The notes under the pieces were generated by a model. The model did no database searches, had not been told where the DNA came from, and saw only the letters and a list, made by a program, of their open reading frames with translations. The position numbers and the translations under genes are program-made. From Eledone cirrhosa (lineage: Eukaryota), in the NCBI GenBank assembly GCA_964016885.1, contig OZ024743.1, positions 170,376,001 through 170,440,000 of the forward strand: a stretch of 64,000 nucleotides of DNA, read 5' to 3'. Below are positions 51,916 to 64,000 of the stretch, piece after piece (within the stretch, counting starts at the first letter, position 1; every line of letters begins with the position of its first letter).

Positions 51916-52258
51916 CAGTGCACCCCTGGTTCTCGTGGTCCTGGCATTTGCGGTTCCGGTTATTCACGAAATTTTTCTTAGAACCTAACTAATAATTGTT
52001 TGTGGAAAACCACTACATATTCGTGAAATCGTAAATATCTTTTGTGATTTTTTAATGGCTCTTTTCGTGGCAATCTATATTTTTCATGTTTTTAAAAGCT
52101 AAATTATTAATAACTGTATACCGTATTTACCAACCTACATTTTATGTTATATTTTAATGTTTATAGGCATTTTTATGGACCATGTCCAATATTCATGGTT
52201 TTTCACTCTTCGCGGGTGCTCTAGGAGTGTAACCCCCATGAATTATAGGGGACAAGTG
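51916..52258. mobile_element. Tigger/pogo-like MITE
   Basis: CAGTGCACCCCT start, aacccccatgaattataggggacaagtg-TA end. Confidence 0.6.
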
Positions 52259-52938
52259 TATATATATATCCAAAATGGCTGACTGAATATGTACATGTGT
52301 GTTTTTTCTCAGTTTTTTGTCTGTTCCTTCCTCTTCTCACTTTCCATCTTTCTATTTCATCTTTTATTTCTTATTCTATCTTCTGATGAAGAATTAGTGT
52401 TTGAAACATAAAAACTCTTTTCCTATTATTTCAAGATTTAAACTAATATATTTCTTCATTGTACTGTGTTGTTTGCTTTGTTATTTCTGTTTACATTTTA
52501 CATACACATATTTATATAAACAGAAGCATATTAACAATATGCTTCTATATGGCACAATTCCACCTCTAATGCTTGTACTTATACATTTCTCATTAGTTAT
52601 GCAAATCACTTGCTTAATATTTTCTATGTTAAATTCACTCTTTGAAAGTGTTGTATTCCTCTCGGTACTCGCAAAGAAAACACGAGTTATATCAAATAAT
52701 TTGTGTATTGTGCAAATCAACCAGTAGCAGAATAACATAAAGTAAGTAAGTAGTCTGTGACCGAGTTTTTAATACCAACGCTGACTGACTGCCCAGGTCA
52801 CGTGATTCATATGCAAATGTGTGAGCACGTGTAAATTGAACAAATCAAATTTAACAGTCCATACAACAATGAGGTTGTGAGTTCGATTCATAGTCCATAC
52901 AACACCTCCCCACCGAAATTGATGCGACAAAAGAAGCA

Positions 52939-54330
52939 TCAACAGCAAAGTCTCTCTGGGGGTTTACGAGTTCTCTTGGACCGTCTTCGATTGTCTGGTC
53001 CATACTCTGGAACGGGCAACAAGGTCTTGGGTCTGGTCTGTCTTGGAGTTAGTGGCACGATTTCCGAGATCTCCATCGGGTGATCTGTTGCAAATTCAAA
53101 AACAGTGTCTACTGCATCACCAGGTTCATTGTCTTCCTCAGTAGTGTACCACGGTTGCAGCTGTTCCCAGTGTCGTCTCCACACCGGGCCATGAGGTATG
53201 ACCTTAACGTTGAAGCAGCGAGTACCCAATGACTTCTTAATGATTGCTGGTACCCATCGAGGATCTTTGTCTCGGCGAGGTCCGTAGTACAGTGCATACA
53301 CATGATCTCCAGCCTTGTACTGCCTGGTAACCTTAGCGACACCTGCCGAGTCCGGAGTCATCTGAGACTTATATGCTTCCTTAGACTGCTTGCCTTGAGC
53401 GATGTGTGCTGGCGAGGGCAGCAGAGAATCAATCCTTGTCCATATCTGCCGGTGATTCAAAAGTTCACTCAGAGAGAATCCACTGGATGTCGGTGTTCTC
53501 TGGTACTGCATCAAGAACTCTTGAAGTGCTCGCTTCGGCGGAAGAGAAGTCTTCCTCAGAGCTTGTTTGAAGGTCTGCACCAAACGTTCCGCTGCTCCGT
53601 TGGCAGCTGGGTGGTAAGGTGCCCCTGTCAGGTGCGTGATCCCACGTTCTTTGCACCAGCTCTGGAACTCCTCAGAAATAAAAGTTGGTGCATTATCGGT
53701 GACTAGCGTGTGAGGAAATCCGAAGTGCGCAAAGTCTTCTTCAAGCAGATCTAAAGTGGCTCTGGAGGACGTGGATGACGTAGGATGAATGCATGGATAC
53801 TTGGAATAAGCATCCATGATCACCAACCAATTACTGCCCATGAAATTTATTGCGTGGTCCAGGTGTAAGCGGCTCCACGGCTTTTCAGGTAACATCCATG
53901 GGTGAACTGGAGACTTGGATGGCTGGTTTTGATGTTCACCACACAAATCACATTGTCGACTGGTTTTCTCTATAGCAGCATCGATACCAGGCCAATAAAC
54001 AGCAGTTCTTGCCAATTGTTTCATGCGCTCCATGCCAAAGTGTCCGAGATGCAGAAGATTGAGAATCTTTGGCTGTAAGCTATGTGGAATCACAACTCTC
54101 GATCCATGGATAAGGCATCCGTGGCAGATACTGAGTGAATCCGATAACTTCCGGAACTTATTGACTTCGTCATTGATCTCAGTATTCTTTGGTGGCCAGC
54201 CTTCACGGACGTAGCGTATCACTGTAGATATCACTGGATCTTTCCCTGACTCTTGACGGAGGACGTTAGCATCGATAGGTTGGACTTGAAGACAGAGCTT
54301 TGATGGCGCACACCATGTCCATGTCTTCAC
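52939..54330 (-). pseudogene. Gypsy integrase (HHCC plus DDE)
   Basis: LHLGHFG..C..C, PWSRLHLD, LVTDNAPTF, APYHPAANGAAERLVQTFK. Confidence 0.93.
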
Positions 54331-55645
54331 GGCGACATCTGAGTCCTTTGTCGCACAGACGTGTGAGCAGACACTTTAGGTTGTTCAGGTGATCGTTTGC
54401 ATCTTTCCCACTGACGAGCATGTCGTCCTGGAAGACGGCCACACCAGGTAGATCTTGAGTCAGGTTTTCCATGATCTCCTGAAAGTAACCAGGTACTGAC
54501 TTGATTCCGAAGGGGAGTCGTTCCTGCAGGAGCACCCCACGGTGAGTGCTGAGTGCAAGCCTGCGTTGACTTTCTGGAGCCAGCTTGATCTGATTATAGG
54601 CGTCAGCAAGATCAATCTTTGTGTATCCGAATCCACCTCCGAGCTTCTGCATCAGTTCCTCTGGGAGTGGCATTGGATGACGATGATCTGCAAGTTGGTC
54701 ATTAATTCCCACAGAGTAGTCACCACAAATCCGTAGTTTGGGCTTCAGGTTGCCTGAAGTATGTGCTTTACGAATCGGTACCACTGGCGTTCCGTATTCG
54801 TTGAACTGTACTGGCTTCCAGATTCCTTTGGCGATGCCTTCTTCGTAACCTTTGGCCAGGTCATCACGAAGAGCAAACGGGACCGGGCGTGCCTTGTGAA
54901 AGACCGGTGTCGCGTCCGACTTGAACTTCACTTCCAGTTCGAAGTCATTAAGACATCCCAATTCTTGCTTGAAGAGATCTGGGAATTCATCACACATGTT
55001 GTGACAATCTCGTTGCATGGAAATATAGGGCTCATTTGAGGTCTTTGGATGCATCACTTCTGCACCCTCACTCTTGGCCTGGCTGTCTATGCTTTTCAAT
55101 CCTAGAGCATTGTCCACGGAAATTCCCAGAGTCTGGATAGCGTTTCGTCGCAGCAAATTAAGATCAGGCATCTTGGTGACGATGTAGGGTATTGAATTCC
55201 GTTTACCGGTCGTTGGATCCTTGGTTTGGCCCATGAAAGTTCCCAGAACGGGCAGGTCGTGCTTGCTGGCTGATTCAAACCGATGTTTGACATCTTGCAG
55301 CTTCGGTTTTCCTAATTGTTTCCAAACTGACAAGGAAACAAAATTGCCTGTAGTAGCTGTGTCCAATTCCATTGTGAAAAGTCTGTTCTGGATTGTTATT
55401 GGCACATTCAAACTATGAGTATCGTGGGGAACTTCACCAAGGATCGCCTTGACTAGCTCAGCTTTCGTGATTCTTTTCACGTAATTCTGTGAGCGATGAT
55501 TACGTTGCTGATGTTGTTTCTTTCTACACACCGCTTGCAAATGTCCCTTTTTGTCACAAAAAAGACATTTGGCTTCTTTGAAGGGGCAGTCTGTCGCTTT
55601 GTGGGCCTTTCCACATCGGTAGCACATCTCCTGGTCTGTGGAATA
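54266..55645 (-). pseudogene. Gypsy Gag Zn knuckles, protease and RT (RNase H deleted)
   Basis: CYRCGKAHKATDC, CLFCDKKGHLQAVC, MELDTA, LRICGDY, KIDLADAYNQ, LPFG, FQDDMLV. RT runs straight into the integrase linker. Confidence 0.93.
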
Positions 55646-56332
55646 AGACTGCTGATGGTTCTTTTGCCGCATCAATTTCGGTGGGGAGGTGTTGTATGGA
55701 CTGTGAATCGAACTCACAACCTCATTGTTGTATGGACTGTTAAGTTTATTGGTGTCGCTAATAAACTCTGTTGTTCAGAATCTCGAGCACCAAACAGTTT
55801 TATCAGTGTCCATATCTTTCTTGTGTTGTTGCATTTGTTGTTCCTGTTGTTGCATTTGTTGTTCCATCTGTTCTCTAAACAACTTTATTAATTCGCTGTT
55901 TGTTGTTCCGCCATGTTTTTGTGATAAACAATTTCCCGGCAATGTAGGTAAATCCTATCGGCGACGCCAATAAACTCTGTTGTATTCCTCTCGGTACTCG
56001 CAGAGAAAACACAACGAGTTATATCAAATAATTTGTGTATTGTACAAATCAACCAAAACGCCCCTCCTCACAGTAGCAGAATAATATAAAGTAAGTAAGT
56101 AGTCTGTGACAGAGTTTTTAATACCAACGCTGACTGACTGCCCAGGTCACGTGATTCATATGCAAATGTGTGAGCACGTGTAAATTGAACAAATCGAATT
56201 TAACAGTCCATACAACAATGAGGTTGTGAGTTCGATTCACAGTCCATACAACAGAAAGTTTGCCTTTATTTTTGCTATTTTCATTGATGTGTTAAGAAAA
56301 TCAATATTTCTCTCTATTTTTTCCTTGAAGAA

Positions 56333-56425
56333 ATAATTGTTTCTACTTTAGGCACAAGGCCAGCAATTACCCAGTGCATTACTGGTAATTTTATTTTATC
56401 GACCCCGTAAAGATGAAAGGCAAAG
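56333..56425 (-). mobile_element. SINE 3' fragment
   Basis: Family tail with duplicated gaagaaataat flanks. Confidence 0.75.
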
Positions 56426-56987
56426 AAGAAATAATGACCTGTATTTTGGTGCCACCTAAATTATTGATTTTTTATATTTGACCAATTAACTCATCAATTC
56501 CATGTGCCAACACTAAGCTTGCCCCCATTGAAACATTTGCCGAGATTAATGAAATTTGATTAACAACTTCATCTACCAGTACCTCAACCCTTTAGACTAT
56601 ACCTTGGACTTGGATTCCTGCATGTATATCTATTTATCTAGCTCTTTTGCTTTGTGCATGAACATAAATAAATAATATAATATATCAGCTCTCATCCCTG
56701 ATTGAGCACTGATTCTTTTTTCATTTTTCACACCTATGTATATTTTCTGTATACAGCTTCCTTTGTTTCCTATTTTCATTTTCTTTTTTGTTTTCTTATG
56801 CACAGTCTGTCTTCCATTGGCCTTCAATATTTGAAATTTTTATTTGTTTTATTATTTTTGTTTTTCCCTTTTTTAATTTTTTTATTGCTTGTCTCACTAG
56901 TTCTTTTGAGTACTCGATACTTCCCCTAGTCTGTCATGGCTTACTAGCTCTATACGGACGTTTACATTGATTAAATATATATATATA

Positions 56988-57200
56988 TCATCATCATCAT
57001 CATTACCGTTTAACGTCCATTTTTCCACGCTAGCATGAGTTGGATGAGTTGCACAGTTGTGAGAAATGCCAGGTCAGGTGACCATGTCTTGTTCATACAG
57101 ACGGGATTTTGGCTTGGTTTCTACAGCTGGATGCCTTTCCTAATGCCAATCTCATTTACAGTGAGTACTGGGTGCTTTTTTTGTCATGACACCTACATGA
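56988..57200 (-). mobile_element. RTE-tail SINE/LINE 3' end
   Basis: (CAT)n, cgtttaacgtcc, ttccacgctagcatg and gctggatgcctttcctaa motifs. Confidence 0.7.
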
Positions 57201-57864
57201 TCACTTTACAGTCTGGGCTGGAGGCTTCAGTAGATGTATGCTTCAGACTGTCCTCATAGGAGATGTATGGGAGGGTGGGGTGCTGCTTACTATATATATG
57301 TTCAACTTCAACCTGTGCCCTTGGGAAGGCGGGTCTTATATGCATGTATGTGTGTGTGTGTGTTGGCAATTACATGAAAAACCAGCATGCAACTTATTGA
57401 CAAGTATATTTGGCATTATATATATATATATCTGTGTGTGGTGTGTGTATCTGTTTATGTATGTATGTGTGTGTGTGAGAGAGACAACTCATTCACTGTT
57501 ACACTTGCATATACATAAGTATACCAATCATAGAAATTGTTTACTATAAATTTGGTATTTTGGGTTATATTTTTATATAGTGGCAGGGAAGAGGAGGGCC
57601 CCCTGGGTAAATACTATGGCTGATACTCTATTGAGTGTTGTGCATATGTATGTAGGTGTGTATGTGTATGTCAGTTGTAAGGACGATGTGTATGTATATG
57701 TGTGTGTAAAAGAGAGAGAAGAGAGAGAGAATAAATGTGTGTAATTTTATATATGTAAGGAATATGTGTATGGCTGGGCAGGGAGAAATAGAGTGGGGTG
57801 TATGTGTATGTGTAAGATGCCATGTTATAGAGCCTCACTTAGCAACACTGTTTTGGTCTGCTAA

Positions 57865-57968
<104 letters not shown>

Positions 57969-58921
57969 AGCAGTAGTGAGTGAGGGAACAGCTTTAGAGC
58001 ATTGAAGAAGAAAAGAAGGATAAGGCGAGGAGGAAGAAATAGAAGAATAATTCAAAGTTTTGGTGTGTGTAGAGAAGGAATAGGAACAAAATCAGAAAGT
58101 GTATTTCGCTGTAGAAGCTAGAAAACAAAAAAGAACAAAAATGTGTATTAGAAATAGCAGCTGTGTCTCCCCCAAACAACACTCTACTAAGGAAGAATGA
58201 TACATTGGATGGACTATGATTGTGGATCCTTCCTTATATACACTGTACCTGAAAAAAGAAAGATGGGATGGTCATGGCGGGAACAACTTCAATCATAAGT
58301 CTGTTAGATCAGGGTTGACTTGGGATTAAATTACTACACATGTATATCCTCTGCTAGAAAGTTTGATTTCTAATTAAGTACACACACACATGCATACAGC
58401 ATTTTTCAGAAAGTTAAATTTCTAATCAAGCCCACACACACAGTCCAGGCTGTATATTCCTTTCCCTCATTAACAAATTAATCGTTCCCCTTCACTTCTT
58501 TCAGTAACTTCAAATAATACTTATCCCCCTCTTCCTCCTTAATACTACCAATATTATTATGGTTGTTATTAATTTTACTTACTCTACTTCATCATTTTTA
58601 TCTTTGACTTTGCCTGTTAATCTCCCCTCTTTCCCTCTTTCTCTTCCTATCTTCTGTTTCACCATTTCCATTCTTTACTTTCACTTGTCCTTTCTGGAAC
58701 TGATAGACAAAAATAGATTTTAAAAATATTTCTTTATTCTTTATCCACATCCCTTTTCCCCCTTTTTTCCACACATACACATTATATATTAAATGTAATT
58801 TCTAAGTCGTCTATTAATCACCATCATCATTGTCATCATACTGTATTCATTTCCTATTTTTCCTTCCACTTCAACCATTCACTTTCCTTCTTTCCTTACT
58901 CTCTCTCTCACACACACACAC

Positions 58922-58998
<77 letters not shown>

Positions 58999-60538
58999 GT
59001 ACCAGCTTTCACATATGTGTAGCTATCACTTAGCCCTGGCATTGATGCGCATCAAATCTTCTGTGGAATGTTACCTACTGTCAGTTGTCTTTCTATCCAG
59101 GAGGCAGGTGTTTGGTTCATTCACAAACTAATGAATCTGATTGTCTATATGTGCCTCTGTGCCAGTTTCAAGTGGTACAGTGCCTCCTGAAGAAGAGCAA
59201 TGTAGTATTTCATTTAATTGTGTTATTTCATCATGCAACCAAATGTACCTACATGCAAGTTAAACTCCTTTCTCCAACACACTCATATATACATTTACAC
59301 AAACATTTATTCTGTGCCTGACTTAACACCATCACCTGGCCCTTGAGTATCTTTAACCACTCTGTTGTAAGCATTCAGACTAGGTATACTTTATGGCTAA
59401 CTCCACAGTCACAAGGACTCTAAAAAAGGACCATGGATACAACCCTGTTTTCTCTGATAAAAAAAGACACAAATGAATCACCCTGCACACATACCACACT
59501 CACATATCTGCTCCCCCTCAAACACGAATCAGCACTTCACTTGTCCCTTAAAGATAATGTTATTCATTATGTTAATGAGAGAGCATCCAAATCATGGAGA
59601 GGGTTGTCGGTAATATATGTGCCATGCCCAGTAATATACTTAAGTCAATTATGTCAACAAAACTCTCCTGCGAAAAATTGGCTTTGGACTAATTAAGAAA
59701 GCAATTGTCAGGTTTCTTTTCCTTTCAATCTCTCACACATACACATACATAATTGTTCTCCCATACACATATACATACTTACAAACATACATACGCACAT
59801 TCATTCATACACATACATATATACACATGTATATATTCATACATATCCACAGATGTGTATTTGCATGTGTGATAACATGTTATCATTGGTATTTTCATAA
59901 TTTATCAACATGACAACACGTGCAGTTATCTGTTAACTTGTGCACCTCCCCATAAACACACACACCCACACATATAAATATATAATTGGCTGACATGCCA
60001 ATCTTACCTTTCACACCTCCATCCCAATCCACAAGGACAACAATGAATTCTTTGGATTATCCTTACCGGTGGTGTAGGAGTTTTAGTGAACGTGTCCGCA
60101 AATGTGGAGAAACTTACGCGGCAAAGTTCCAAAGGCAGAGACAATATAAGCTAGCAGGTATATATATAAATATTTGTTTGTATATATATATATATATATA
60201 TATAAATGTATTTGTTTGTATGCATGTATATATATGCTTGTGTATGTGTGGATGTGTAGACCCTATATAGGGAATGTTTTTAAATGAAATTCTTGTGTAT
60301 TTTCAGAGATTTAAGAGTGAAACTTGAGTCAAATAACTGACTCCTAATTACATTATGTTAGCTGTTATTTTGTGTGTGTGTATATATGTATATATATATA
60401 TATATAAATATAATAAATATTAATAATCAACCAGCATTCGTATTGAAACATGTTAAAGAATGAACTTTTGATAAAATTCTTCACTTCATGCCTAATGTTT
60501 GTTTTTCCTATACATTTAAATATATATATATGTATATA

Positions 60539-60610
<72 letters not shown>

Positions 60611-60611
60611 G

Positions 60612-60680
<69 letters not shown>

Positions 60681-61259
60681 GACATACATATATGTATATG
60701 TGTATATATGTATGTTTGTATACATGTATGTATATGTATATATGTATTTACATATGTATATACATATATGTAAGCATCTTGTATTCATCCCCCTGGCTCT
60801 ACTGAGTACATTTTATTGTGGTATAAGCACTAGGTAGGTTGCAATGTTCTCACACACACTCATCAGGGATTACCTCTTCAACATATAAGTATTATTGTTA
60901 GCTGTGGCAGCATTTTTACATCTGTTTTTTTCCATGCTGGCATGGGTTGAAGAAAATTTCCTCAGTTTCTGTCTTACAAATTCATTCAAAAGGCATTTAT
61001 CATTCCAAGGCTATTGTAGAAGGTATTTGCCTGAGATGCCACTGGGAATGAATGTTGTGATTCAAATTTCCTAACCACAGTCATGCCTGCACCTTATATA
61101 GATTCCTTTCTAATAACATTTGATATCTATCTGTGGTGCTTTCTATCTCTTGCTTTTATGATGAGGCGAATGTTTTGTTAAATTATTCCCAGGCATAAAC
61201 TACATACATATGTACATAGTTACTCAATCACACTTACAAACATAAACATATGCAAATTA

Positions 61260-61298
<39 letters not shown>

Positions 61299-61659
61299 CA
61301 GCAGCAGTAGCAGTGGCAGCAGTAGCAACAGCAGCAGTAGTAGTAGTAGTATATTTACATTCACAAATCAAGTCTGTTTTGGTTTACACACATGATTTAG
61401 GTGTCTATTTGTGTTTGTGGGTTGGGGTGGGTGTTATTATGTATGTTAAGTTTATCAATTCTTATACAGAGATGCATTTTGAGTGAACATACATGCATAC
61501 GTATTTGTATAAACATAACTATATATGTGTGGGGGGGGGGTGAGATACACACACACATATACAAATGTAGTGGTGATGATGATGGTAGTAATAATTACAC
61601 AAGAGCTCAAAGTTTCCCTGCATTCTTTCTTGCCAGTTGGTGGGCTACTATCTTCTTCT

Positions 61660-62110
61660 TCTCCTCCTCCTGAGAGGGTCATGTTCCTCAAATACTCCTT
61701 CCAGTGGGTCCTGTCAGATCAACGTTTTCAACTGATCCAACTGGATCTCCAAGTGAGACCAGCTGAGCTCATGGATGTTATCCAACCACCTTACTTGGGG
61801 TCTACCCCTGGGTCTCCTGCGAGTTGGTTTTGCCCGTAAAATCTGTCCAGTCATTCTTGCCTGAGACATTCAAATCACATGTCTATAATATCAGCCCTGT
61901 GGTCGCTCAATTCAAAGAAATAGCAGCTCTACCTGGAGCAACTCTCTGATCTCTGAGCTACACACTCTATCGAGTAACGTTCCTCCAGAGACTTTTTGAA
62001 GGCACCCCCATTTCAACTGCTTGTATTTGTGATCATATTCTTTCAGTCATTACCCAAGATTCATGACCATAGTTGGCATGACTACCGAATTGAAGATAAC
62101 GAGTTTGGCT
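61660..62110 (-). mobile_element. Highly decayed RTE-like LINE 3' fragment
   Basis: Minus strand ggagacccaggggtagacccca (RPRGRP-like) and remnants of the LINE C-terminus. Confidence 0.5.
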
Positions 62111-62219
62111 TTTATGCTTCTGCTTCAATGAAACAGAATCACACATTTTCAAAAGTTCCTGTTTAAATTAAATCTTCCGACATAATTTTCATAAATTATG
62201 TATGGTGCGAATACCATCT

Positions 62220-62750
62220 AATTAGTAATGAAGGAGATTACTTTGAGAGCATCATAGCTCATAAGAACTGGATGGAAAAAGTTCAGAGAGCTTGTTGACA
62301 GCAAAAGGTTTGAAAGAAAGGCTATCTGTATGATGCATGTATGTGAAGTGATGCAAGAAAGTGAAACATGGGCAAAAAATGTAGAGGATATGCAAAAGCT
62401 AGAGAAAAATGAAGCACACAGGCTTCGATGGATATGTAATGTTAATAAGTATGAACAACAACACATGGATCAGCTGAGAGAAAAGTTGGGTATAAGAAGA
62501 ATCAGATGTAGTGTGCAAGAGAGAAGACTCTGCTGGTATGGACATATGATGCATAGGATGAAGAAGTGCTAAAAATCCTTGTGGAAGGAAGCTTCAGTAG
62601 AAGGTGACGAAGGAAGATCTGGGCAGAGATTGCGAGAGCTGTTCTCAAATTGTTGAAACTCACAGAGGAGATGACGTAGGGATTCTGTACTTAATGGAAA
62701 AGACCCACCCAACCCATGCATGCATGGAAAAGCAGACATAAAACAATGAT
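62220..62750 (+). mobile_element. Old RTE LINE 3' fragment
   Basis: GWKKFREL, ESETWA, VQERRLCWYGHM, and the tail catggaaaagcagacataaaacaatgatg. Confidence 0.8.
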
Positions 62751-62890
62751 GTTGCTACTGGTGATGATATATACATACATATGTATTTTACACATATGTG
62801 AATATTTACCTGCTATCTGCATGTGCACGTGTGGATTTGTTGTGTGTTTTAACACCCTGCTTGCTATAAACACATGTAGATGCTGGAAGC

Positions 62891-63077
62891 AATAATTGTT
62901 TCTGCTTTTGGCACAAGGCCAGCAATTATCCCAGTGCATTATTTTATTTTATCGACCCCGTAAGGATGAAAGGCAAAGTTAACCTCGGCGGGATTTGAAC
63001 TCAGACCATAAAGGACTGTAACTTTTTGCTGCAAAGCATGACGTCCGACCCGCTACCGATACTGCCAATCCACCACC
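62891..63077 (-). mobile_element. tRNA-derived SINE
   Basis: Same family as 43612 and 51599. Confidence 0.85.
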
Positions 63078-63309
63078 TTAACAATAATGAAAGAGTGGCA
63101 GAGAAGGTGGAGAGATAAGTAAAAGAGAAAAGGTGGAGAATTCAGTCAACTACTGGGTGATGTAATATGATTCTAGGGTGTGGGTACCAATTTCTGGCAA
63201 TATTCACTCTCAAATACTTTATGGTATGGTCATTTTAAATTCATTAAACTAATGTTGTATATAAACTTATGCATATATATATTTATGTGAGAGTGTGTGG
63301 TTTTATGTA

Positions 63310-63434
63310 AAAGGTAAACAGATATAACAAAAATAACAAAACAAAAAGCACAGTACATGGAAGAAATATATTAGTTGATCACTTGAAATAGCAGGAAGAG
63401 TGTCTTAACGTTTCGAACACTAGTCCTTCATCAG
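63310..63434 (-). mobile_element. Short hammerhead-core repeat (second copy at 52383-52500, + strand)
   Basis: CTGATGA aggactagtgttc GAAAC GTT aagac. The downstream aactaatatatttcttc..tgtactgtg is shared with 52440-52470. Confidence 0.55.
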
Positions 63435-64000
63435 ACACCAGTATCTGTCCTTAGGGCATCAATATATGTCATCCTCGGTCTCCCTCTTCTAGTGTGTCTG
63501 TGTAGGGGATCCCAAAGGACCATTGAGTGCAGTGTCAACTCTGAATGTTGGTGAGCATGTCCAGCTAACCTCAGTCTCCTCTGTGCTACTTTCAAGCTGA
63601 CTTTGGGGATTCTCATGTACAGCTCTGAGTTCTCCACCCTCAGTGTATACTGATTAATGATCAGAGCCATCCTCAGCATTCTGAGTGAGTCTTTTGGTCA
63701 GTGTCCAAGTCTCAGACCTGTACAGCAGTACAGACTCCACTGTAGCGACAAAGAGGTGAATTTTCAGGTCATTACAAAGGTCCAACTGCCACACCGACCT
63801 CAAACTGTGACACATCACCCAGGCATTGCTCTTCCTCTCCAGCACATCTGTGTTCCCAATGTGTTCTCAATCTTTGCTCCCAGATACAGAAAGTCCTCAA
63901 CCAACTCTGGTGGCTTCCCACCTACATTCATAATCTCTGGCTTTTTAATGTTCTGTACCAGATACTTCATCTTACTCTCATTCATTCTCAGCCCCACACT
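63431..64000 (-). mobile_element. LINE RT C-terminal fragment (RTE group), runs off the window
   Basis: VEDFLYLG, VESVLLYRSETWTLTK, RRLRLAGH, RGRPRMTYID. Confidence 0.85.

Larger units (their letters stand above)
52649..56253 (-). mobile_element. Ty3/Gypsy LTR retrotransposon, internally deleted and rearranged
   Basis: LTRs 52649-52904 and 55978-56253 (TG..CA), TSD GAAAG, PBS-like TGGCGTCGCC at ~55960-55969, PPT GGTGGGGAGG next to the 3' LTR. Confidence 0.97.

Noticed and set aside
52481-52738. ORF spanning the Gypsy LTR boundary
   Set aside because: Chimeric across the insertion junction; the interrupted flanking sequence could not be identified.

Overview
This is AT-rich eukaryotic DNA full of (TA)n microsatellites. 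The SINE and RTE families suggest a coleoid cephalopod, probably an octopus (inference). I could not confidently identify any host protein-coding gene, and there is no rRNA, tRNA or CRISPR array. Nearly all long ORFs are either decayed transposon proteins or translations of microsatellites. The window holds about 12 RTE-type LINE copies, one CRE-clade LINE, an internally rearranged Gypsy element, Helitron pieces, MITEs, tRNA-derived SINEs and Penelope-like (PLE) GIY-YIG remnants. The main unannotated signal is about 15 minimal type-I hammerhead ribozyme motifs, from intact to degenerate, belonging to roughly ten unrelated sequence families. Many sit in fold-back inverted repeats of 0.1-4 kb inserted in (TA)n. 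In these, one arm carries an extra 3' tail that often contains TTGAGT. Two of the fold-backs still hold PLE coding sequence, which points to a diverse set of mostly non-coding, ribozyme-bearing Penelope derivatives. All folds and alignments were read by eye, and boundaries without a TSD or TIR are approximate.
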